A stretch of DNA of 64,000 nt from a virus: positions 1 through 64,000 of the IMG/VR virus record IMGVR_UViG_3300030616_000002; one strand, 5' to 3'. Of this stretch, positions 39,125 to 45,297 are shown piece by piece. Made by a program: the position numbers and the translations under genes. Positions within the stretch are counted from its first letter, which is position 1, and each line of letters starts with the position of its first letter. Below the pieces are notes generated by a model that made no database searches, was not told where the DNA came from, and saw only the letters and a program-made list of their open reading frames with translations.

Positions 39125-39210
39125 GGAGCGGTGCAGGAATGGCAACTGACCGGAGTGCTAATCCGAGGTCACCGGAAGGTGTGGAGGTTCGAGTCCTCCC
39201 CGCTCCGCCA
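39125..39210 (+). tRNA. tRNA-Ser (anticodon GCU), encoded CCA
   Basis: Hand-folded. Acceptor GGAGCGG/CCGCTCC; D stem CAG/CTG; anticodon stem CCGGA/TCCGA (one C-A mismatch) with loop GTGCTAA; long variable arm CACC-GGAA-GGTG; T arm GGAGG-TTCGAGT-CCTCC; then G-CCA. Confidence 0.7.
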
Positions 39211-39323
39211 GAAGAGAACAGTTTACGCGCTCGGTGCGGGTTGACCTCGGACGGCGGCGGCACCGCAACAGGGGGGAGAGGCCTAGCCAGCCCACCGCAC
39301 CGGGCGCAACAGGAGGGGTTGGT

Positions 39324-39542
39324 ATGAGATGCCAGGTTTGCGGGGCGCGGTTAGAGTTCTCGATGTGGGATCCTGACCTCTGCGAGATGGCGGCGTATTG
39401 CTGCGGTCACTGGTATCACGCGGCAGAGGACTGCAACTGCTGTCCGGTAGATAGTACGGCCTACGTGTTCAGCGGACCAGAGACTAGCGAATTACAGCAG
39501 CGCCTTGAGCGCGAACGGGCATTTAATAGGAGGACACGATGA
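39324..39542 (+). CDS. small Cys-rich protein
   Basis: In frame with ORF 39234..39542. ATG 39324 follows AGGAGGGG. Confidence 0.5.
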   Translation: MRCQVCGARLEFSMWDPDLCEMAAYCCGHWYHAAEDCNCCPVDSTAYVFSGPETSELQQRLERERAFNRRTR

Positions 39543-39802
39543 ACCGCAGAGATCGAGGGCCGGCGCTTCTCCGGTGTGAGCGCTGCCGAGCGTGGACCAA
39601 GCACCAGTTCGCCGCGGAGAAGAGCACGAGAGAGAAAGCCTTTGTCAAGGAGATCTACCGTTGCGGTGTCTGCGACGAGGAGCGCGTCTGGGGGCTCGGC
39701 ATGAGGCCGCGTGAGTATGCCGCGCTGATGAGGCAGATAGGGGGGCCGGTGGCGTTCGTCGATACCGGCACCGTGGACGCTGCTGTTTCGGCCGAGGGGT
39801 AG
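39539..39802 (+). CDS. small zinc-ribbon-like protein
   Basis: 87 aa. CERC...CGVC. ATGA overlap. Confidence 0.5.
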   Translation: MNRRDRGPALLRCERCRAWTKHQFAAEKSTREKAFVKEIYRCGVCDEERVWGLGMRPREYAALMRQIGGPVAFVDTGTVDAAVSAEG

Positions 39803-39806
39803 CCTG

Positions 39807-40190
39807 ATGAATGCAGATGCGCAGGTTGCGAACGTCGAGATCACGCAATACAAGAAGTGGCACCCCGTGATAGATCGCTTCATTCCTGTCGTCGAGGCGG
39901 AGCTTTGGTATCCGCCATACGAGGACGCTGATATCGCAGAGGACAAGGTAAAGCACGTAGAGATCGCCCTGATGCATACGCGCGCCGCAGACAGCATCCG
40001 CGTGAGTTATGATCTGCATAGGGACGGCTGGGTAATAGAGCAGGCGTCCCGTTTCGTGTGGGCGCCTGGCGATGAGGAGATGGACGAGGACTGGCAAGAG
40101 GTCGCATACGTTCCGGCATGGGGGCGCGAGGAGAGCAAGGAAGAATCGATCAAGCGGCTCGGCTTTGATCCGAATCCGGGCGACCAGTAG
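39807..40190 (+). CDS. hypothetical acidic protein
   Basis: ORF track, 127 aa. Confidence 0.55.
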   Translation: MNADAQVANVEITQYKKWHPVIDRFIPVVEAELWYPPYEDADIAEDKVKHVEIALMHTRAADSIRVSYDLHRDGWVIEQASRFVWAPGDEEMDEDWQEVAYVPAWGREESKEESIKRLGFDPNPGDQ

Positions 40191-40194
40191 CCAG

Positions 40195-40206
40195 TGCAAA
40201 TTTGCA
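40195..40206. promoter_or_regulatory. perfect 12-bp palindrome TGCAAATTTGCA (copy 4 of 5)
   Basis: Read directly; 39 nt upstream of the -35 of promoter F. Confidence 0.65.
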
Positions 40207-40237
40207 AAGGAACATAAAAACGGATCGCGAGGACCAG

Positions 40238-40286
40238 AAAAAACTTGCCGCTAGAGCACAGGGCTAGTAAGGGTAGCTAGGCTAGG
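40238..40286 (+). promoter_or_regulatory. candidate promoter F with CTAG-box
   Basis: AAAAAAC TTGCCG (40245-40250), 17 nt spacer, TAAGGG, within GGGCTAGTAAGGGTAGCTAGGCTAGG (40261-40286). AGGAGGA and GTG 40297 follow. Confidence 0.4.
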
Positions 40287-40296
40287 AGGACGCGTA

Positions 40297-40755
40297 GTGC
40301 TAAAGAACTTCCTACTGCAGGCCAAGCACGGAGTCGACGCGGCGATGCGCAAGCTGCAAGCGGGCCCGCTGTCTGCCTACACGGGGAAGACGGTAATGCG
40401 GCACGGGAAGATCCTGCACGTGCTCTCGGCCTCGCGGCGTAAGGGAGTCAAGGTGCTCAACCAGGCGGGCGAGACCAACACGCTATCGCGGGACTCGTTT
40501 CTCTCGCGGAAGATCGTAATCGTGCCTACCCCGCCGGAGATGAGAAAGAAGCTCGCGCCGAGGTCGGTCCCCGACCAGGCCCACGATATCGCGATCAGCA
40601 CGGAGATCCCGGGGCCGACCAAGATCCGCCGCCTCTATGCGCTACGCAAGCAAGCGGACGAGGACGGGGATACCGCGGGCGTGAAGGCGTGCACTCATTA
40701 TATCGGCTTGCTCAAGCGGGGCGAGCCGATCAAGCGATGGAAGCCAGACCAGTAA
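40297..40755 (+). CDS. hypothetical protein
   Basis: ORF track, 152 aa. Confidence 0.55.
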   Translation: MLKNFLLQAKHGVDAAMRKLQAGPLSAYTGKTVMRHGKILHVLSASRRKGVKVLNQAGETNTLSRDSFLSRKIVIVPTPPEMRKKLAPRSVPDQAHDIAISTEIPGPTKIRRLYALRKQADEDGDTAGVKACTHYIGLLKRGEPIKRWKPDQ

Positions 40756-40767
40756 GGAGGGCGGGCG

Positions 40768-41184
40768 GTGAAAACAACAGACGCCCACGCCGGGACCGTC
40801 TATTACCCTAACTGTTTCTACTGCCCGGATCGCTACAGTGGCAAGTGTGGCGACGGGACGGAGGTCGCGCCCGATCCCCCCGGACCGTTCGATTTCGTAG
40901 CCGATCCTACGCAATACGTTACCTGTGGCCAGAAGTGGGAGCATTGCAAGGAATGTCTGGCCGGGGGCCACGGGACAGTGCTACGAATGCTCGCACCTCC
41001 CGACGTGATCTGTTTCCGGATACTCGCATTCATGCGCTCGCTAGACGGCTTGGCCGAGCAGTATCCGGGTAAGTTCGTTGAATTCGACTGGGAGAAAAAC
41101 GAGATCGTCAAGATCTGGGATAGCAATCCTCACGATAGGCGCTTGTCGATCAAGAACAGACTCGTCAGGCTTCGTGGCGACTAG
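40768..41184 (+). CDS. hypothetical Cys-rich protein
   Basis: ORF track, 138 aa. Confidence 0.55.
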   Translation: MKTTDAHAGTVYYPNCFYCPDRYSGKCGDGTEVAPDPPGPFDFVADPTQYVTCGQKWEHCKECLAGGHGTVLRMLAPPDVICFRILAFMRSLDGLAEQYPGKFVEFDWEKNEIVKIWDSNPHDRRLSIKNRLVRLRGD

Positions 41185-41192
41185 GAGGACAC

Positions 41193-42299
41193 GTGAACGC
41201 AACAGCAAACAGGAAAGACCTTGCCGACACCGTGGGCGCGGTGCTCGGCTTCGCAACCCGAACGGGCTCCATGCCGATCCTATCGACCGTCCTGCTCTCG
41301 GCAGACGAAAGCACGGGGATCCTTGTCTCCGCTACGGACCTGGAGATCGGAGCGACGGCAGACTGCGAGGCGGTGGTATCGCAGCCGGGCAAAGTAGCGG
41401 TAACGGCCAAGATGCTGTACGCCGTGCTCAAGTCGCTACCAGACGAGACCGTAGAGCTAGCAGACGAAGGGGCAACGCTCGTGCTCAAGAGCGGGGCGTC
41501 GGAATTCAAGTTGGCGACGCAGAACGCTGATGACTTCCCGGGGCTGCCGAGCGCGGCAGAGGTTGCGTTCTCGGATATATCCGCGCCGCTGCTCGCCGAT
41601 ATGCTGGGGCGGGTAGGGTTCGCGGTGTCCACCGACGAGTCGCGCTACATGCTCAACGGCGTACACTTGGAGACGCGGCCGGGTCGTCTATTCGCAGCGG
41701 CGACGGACGGACACCGGCTAGCGCAGGTAGAGCGCGAGGGCGAGTTCCCCGCCGAGCTGCCGGCGAACGGGATCACGATCCCGCGGAGGGCCGCGGCCGA
41801 GCTGCTGAAGGTCATGGAGCGGGTAGAGGGAGAGGTCGGGATCGGCCTGCACAAGAACTCTCTCTACCTGCGGGCACCGGGCCTTACGATGTCGGCGCGA
41901 CTGATCGACGGCGAGTTCCCGGATCCCAATGCGGTGATCCCCGAGTCCACAACGCGAGAGGCGATCATCGACACAGAGTTTCTGGTAGCAGCGCTCAAGA
42001 GGGCGTCCGTGCTCTCGCAGGACAAGGCGTGGGGGATCCGTTTTGATCTCAAGGGCGACGGCCTGGAGATCAACTCTAGCAACCCCAACGTTGGGGACGC
42101 GCACGACAAGCTGGACCTCGCCGAGTATCGGGGCGAGCCTCTGAACATCGGTTTCAACCCCCGCTACGTACTAGATGCGCTATCCGTGATCGACTGCGAG
42201 CACGTGCGGGTACGGTTCGATGATGAGCTGCGCCCCTGCATTGTCCAGGCAGCCGAGGACGACGGCTACCTCTGCGTCGTGATGCCGATGAGGATCTAG
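41193..42299 (+). CDS. dnaN: DNA polymerase III beta subunit (sliding clamp)
   Basis: 368 aa. PILSTVLLSADESTGILVSATDLEIG, ...DESRYMLNGVHLE...FAAATDGHRLA..., ...LIDGEFPD..., ...EPLNIGFNPRYVLDAL...PMRI are typical DnaN landmarks across three domains. Confidence 0.9.
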   Translation: MNATANRKDLADTVGAVLGFATRTGSMPILSTVLLSADESTGILVSATDLEIGATADCEAVVSQPGKVAVTAKMLYAVLKSLPDETVELADEGATLVLKSGASEFKLATQNADDFPGLPSAAEVAFSDISAPLLADMLGRVGFAVSTDESRYMLNGVHLETRPGRLFAAATDGHRLAQVEREGEFPAELPANGITIPRRAAAELLKVMERVEGEVGIGLHKNSLYLRAPGLTMSARLIDGEFPDPNAVIPESTTREAIIDTEFLVAALKRASVLSQDKAWGIRFDLKGDGLEINSSNPNVGDAHDKLDLAEYRGEPLNIGFNPRYVLDALSVIDCEHVRVRFDDELRPCIVQAAEDDGYLCVVMPMRI

Positions 42300-42312
42300 G
42301 GAGAGGCGAGCA

Positions 42313-42876
42313 ATGAGCGCACCCGAGATCGCCGCCGTTGTCATCGCCTGCGTTGCCGGCGCTGCTATCATCGCATACGGGATCTACCAGATCGTCCGGG
42401 CGATTAGAGCGAGGCCAGCTTACAGGACAGCGAGAGGGCTAGAGGTCCACGAGAACGGCGTAACCGATCCGCCGAGCCGGGCCGAGGCCGAGCGCTACCT
42501 AGATCGGGTCGACGTTGATCTCGCGCAGTGGCGTATCAGCATGGGCCAGTTACCGCCGACGCCAAACTTCTTTGCGGGGCTGATCTTGTTTTGGATGCCC
42601 GCTACTCGCTGCGCACTTAGGCCCAGCGGCGTGATAGAGCCGGACCCGAACGGCTCACTATACATGTTCAGGGATCCCGAGGACCGGAGGCCCGGTCGCA
42701 AGCACGACTGGTACGCGGGTCGCCGCAAGGGCAACGTGCTGTGCGTGGCCTGGCCCTACTCCCTAAAAAGCTCTGCTCTGGCCCACGAGGTCGGGCACGT
42801 CATAGCGGAGATCGTTACCGGGAATCCAGATACGGCTCATATCCTCTACCCGGAGTTGTGGGAGGTGGTGGGATGA
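42313..42876 (+). CDS. membrane-anchored protein with HExxH zinc-metallopeptidase motif
   Basis: 187 aa. N-terminal TM helix, with ALAHEVGHVIAE near the C-terminus. Confidence 0.4.
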   Translation: MSAPEIAAVVIACVAGAAIIAYGIYQIVRAIRARPAYRTARGLEVHENGVTDPPSRAEAERYLDRVDVDLAQWRISMGQLPPTPNFFAGLILFWMPATRCALRPSGVIEPDPNGSLYMFRDPEDRRPGRKHDWYAGRRKGNVLCVAWPYSLKSSALAHEVGHVIAEIVTGNPDTAHILYPELWEVVG

Positions 42877-43208
42877 TACCGGACAAGCCGGGCTGGTGGT
42901 GGATTGCGCGCGACCATCATGTGCCGCGTGTTATTCCGCTTCTGGTGTGGGTCGATCCGACGCTGGTCGAACTGCGGTGTATCGATCCAGATTACTCGTA
43001 TGGTGCGGTTAGCGTGAGCAGGGCCGCTGGCCAATGGCTTGCCCCTGTGCTCAGACGCGAACAAGCCGACGAACTCCAGCGCCACGCAGCCGCGCTAGAG
43101 GCGCAGATCGAGGACTTGGAACAACGGCTTTTTTTAGACCACGAATTCATGGACGATGAAGGATATCGAGGGTCGCACAAAATCGCAGAGGCTATGCGCG
43201 ATGAGTAG
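42873..43208 (+). CDS. hypothetical protein (tandem paralog 1, PGWWWI...RDE)
   Basis: In frame with ORF 42741..43208, from ATG 42873 (ATGA overlap). Confidence 0.5.
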   Translation: MIPDKPGWWWIARDHHVPRVIPLLVWVDPTLVELRCIDPDYSYGAVSVSRAAGQWLAPVLRREQADELQRHAAALEAQIEDLEQRLFLDHEFMDDEGYRGSHKIAEAMRDE

Positions 43209-43518
43209 CAACACTATCCCCGTCGAGCCCGGCCTGTGGTGGATTCGGCGAGGCGACTCGGTTCGGATTGCGGCGTTCGCGCACATCCCGCGGGTTATCG
43301 GCGAGACGCTTACCGAACTTTGCTGCGCAATAGAGCTTTACATCGCAGATGATGGGTACGCCGTGAATTTGGAATTTCCAACCGACAGAAAAGAGCGGCC
43401 TATGGCTCCGATGGAATGCGATATAACCGTACGCAAGACGCCGAGGGATATGTTCCGCGAGGGCGTTCGGTTTATCAGGCCGGCTGAGCCGTACGCGGAG
43501 GCCCTGCGCGATGAATGA
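43201..43518 (+). CDS. hypothetical protein (tandem paralog 2, PGLWWI...RDE)
   Basis: In frame with ORF 43156..43518, from ATG 43201. Shares the junction sequence GAGGC.(A/C)TGCGCGATGA with the previous gene. Confidence 0.5.
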   Translation: MSSNTIPVEPGLWWIRRGDSVRIAAFAHIPRVIGETLTELCCAIELYIADDGYAVNLEFPTDRKERPMAPMECDITVRKTPRDMFREGVRFIRPAEPYAEALRDE

Positions 43519-43615
43519 CGCCCCGGCAATCGCAGACACGTTCGGGCTGCTGGCGCTCGTTATCGCTATCGTCCTGATCTATATGTACAACAAGTACCCA
43601 CCGGAGAGCCCATGA
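43511..43615 (+). CDS. hydrophobic micro-ORF (34 aa)
   Basis: Own translation: MNDAPAIADTFGLLALVIAIVLIYMYNKYPPESP. The start lies in the repeated junction, and the stop overlaps ATG 43612. Confidence 0.35.
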   Translation: MNDAPAIADTFGLLALVIAIVLIYMYNKYPPESP

Positions 43616-43794
43616 AACGAAGAGAATCCGAATTCTGCGGACTGATCAACATGAGGGTCCGATTCAACGGCGAGGGGCATCCGCTCTGCCACTGGTACGA
43701 GGACGGTAGGTGCAAGCGGCAAAGCGGGCGCTGCGTACTGGAGCGGTTCGTGGAGCCCCTAGAGAGGGACAGCAAGAGGAGGCTTTTAGGGTGA
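43612..43794 (+). CDS. small Cys-containing basic protein
   Basis: ORF track, 60 aa. Confidence 0.4.
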   Translation: MKRRESEFCGLINMRVRFNGEGHPLCHWYEDGRCKRQSGRCVLERFVEPLERDSKRRLLG

Positions 43795-44522
43795 GCTACA
43801 TCGAGAATCCCAAGACCGCGGGCTCCGGTGTTATCGGCGCGATCCCGCACGCGGGCCTATGCCCTAACGGCTGTAAGGACTGCTTCTTTAACCGGGCCGA
43901 TGGATACCTGCACCCGCTCTCCGAGAACCTGCCCAACATGCCGACGCCAGATCAGGCAGAGGGTAGGGTAGTGCGCGTCAACGACGGCCACGATTCCAAT
44001 ATTGACCGCGAGATGGTCATGGAGGCGTGCAGGCCCTACGCGCAGAAGTTCTACAACACCAGTATCCCGCGAGACCTCGGCGGATTCGACGCCCCGGTCG
44101 TGCTTACGGTCAACCCGGGGGCCAAGACGGACAAGGGCTGGCACCGGATAGATCCGATCCCGCCGAACCTGATGTTTGTCAGGGTCCGCACGAATATGTG
44201 GAACCTCTGGCTTGTTGACGAGGTGGTGGACTACTACACGGAGCGCGGCGTATCTGTAGTGCTTACTTTTATGGCCTACTTTGAGCAGCCGATCCCGGTT
44301 GAGCACAAGCTAAACTATATCTCTAGGACGCGAACGATCAATCGCTACATGGCGATAACGACCGATGCGTGGCGTTGGGTAATGAAGCGCTACGAAGACA
44401 ATGTTTTGGTTTACTCCTGCGGCAAGATCGAGGGCGAGCGCGGGACTACGAAGTGTAGGTATTGCGGAAACTGTGTCCGGGAGTTCCACTCCGCGCAGGA
44501 GAGGCTAGCTAGGCTAGTATGA
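43791..44522 (+). CDS. Cys-motif protein, possible radical-SAM-like/Fe-S enzyme
   Basis: In frame with ORF 43710..44522, from GTG 43791 (GTGA overlap). GLCPNGCKDCFF is CxxxCxxC but lacks the aromatic residue before the third Cys. C-terminal CRYCGNC. Confidence 0.35.
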   Translation: MSYIENPKTAGSGVIGAIPHAGLCPNGCKDCFFNRADGYLHPLSENLPNMPTPDQAEGRVVRVNDGHDSNIDREMVMEACRPYAQKFYNTSIPRDLGGFDAPVVLTVNPGAKTDKGWHRIDPIPPNLMFVRVRTNMWNLWLVDEVVDYYTERGVSVVLTFMAYFEQPIPVEHKLNYISRTRTINRYMAITTDAWRWVMKRYEDNVLVYSCGKIEGERGTTKCRYCGNCVREFHSAQERLARLV

Positions 44523-44731
44523 GAAGCGAGATCATCACGGGCGACGTAACGGAGGTGCTAGCCGGTATGGCTGCGAAGTCGGTACACCTGTGTATCACGT
44601 CTCCACCGTACTGGGGGCTGCGGCAATACTTAGTTGACAACGCGGTTTGTTTGCGCCACGATTTGACGGAAGATGAGGTAGCGTTCGTCACAAAGGAGCT
44701 TGAAAAACATGGCGTCAAACCGAAACTCTGA
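44519..44731 (+). CDS. DNA N4/N6-methyltransferase, N-terminal fragment (motif IV SPPY)
   Basis: 70 aa. CITSPPYWGLRQY (to 44629), then an unrelated tail and a stop. The conserved enzyme sequence resumes at about 45298. Confidence 0.65.
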   Translation: MRSEIITGDVTEVLAGMAAKSVHLCITSPPYWGLRQYLVDNAVCLRHDLTEDEVAFVTKELEKHGVKPKL

Positions 44732-45297
44732 TGGTACGTTCAAAAAGGGCAGTCATTGGCGAAAGCCGAAGCTATACTGGAATAAGAAGTGGCTTCTACG
44801 CGAGTACGTCACCAAGCAGCAAAGCGCCAAGGAAATTGCAGATCACGCCGGATGTTCCGAGAACAGCATTTTTAACTGGTTAACAAAACACGGCATTAGG
44901 CGACGTTCTATTTCCGAAGCGCGTTCAATTAAGTATTGGGGAGCACAAGGATCAGCCAATCCAATGTTCGGTCGTTGCGATAAGGCTAATCCAAATTGGC
45001 GCGGTGGTGTCTCGCCGGAACGGCAGAAGTTGTATGCACGCTCAATGTGGAAGGCGATCAGAAAGGCAGTGTTCTCTCGGGACAATTTCTCTTGCCGCCG
45101 ATGCGGAGAAAAACCAGTCGGGCACAAGCAACTTCACACTCACCACCTAAGAGCATGGGCTAGAGACCCCGCGTTACGATTCGACGTGGACAATATCATT
45201 ACTCTGTGCCGGGGATGTCACGAGTGGATTCACAGCAAGGAGAACAAAAACCGTGAATTTCTGGAGTAAGGACGAAATACCGATCCACCTTCAGGAG
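44630..45297 (+). mobile_element. HNH endonuclease insertion 1 splitting the methyltransferase gene
   Basis: Bounded by a duplicated TACTT (44627-44631 and 45298-45302). Visibly lower GC. Contains the HNH ORF with its own SD. Confidence 0.55.
44709..45269 (+). CDS. HNH homing endonuclease
   Basis: In frame with ORF 44700..45269. ATG 44709 follows AAAGGAG. CRRCGEKPVGHKQLHTHHL...NIITLCRGCHEWIH is an HNH motif, and the N-terminal part has an HTH-like segment (SAKEIADHAGCSENSIFNWL). Confidence 0.8.
   Translation: MASNRNSDGTFKKGSHWRKPKLYWNKKWLLREYVTKQQSAKEIADHAGCSENSIFNWLTKHGIRRRSISEARSIKYWGAQGSANPMFGRCDKANPNWRGGVSPERQKLYARSMWKAIRKAVFSRDNFSCRRCGEKPVGHKQLHTHHLRAWARDPALRFDVDNIITLCRGCHEWIHSKENKNREFLE

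Noticed and set aside
39037-39210. tRNA pair as a prophage integration site (att) or genome boundary.
   Set aside because: Both tRNAs are complete with CCA. No integrase or excisionase is adjacent. Phage-like co-oriented ORFs with the same junction and promoter motifs continue on both sides.
39125-39210. Second tRNA as an amber suppressor (CUA is present in the anticodon loop GUGCUAA).
   Set aside because: The canonical 7-nt loop with U33 and purine 37 places GCU at positions 34-36. Reading CUA would require G at position 33. The long variable arm also fits Ser identity.
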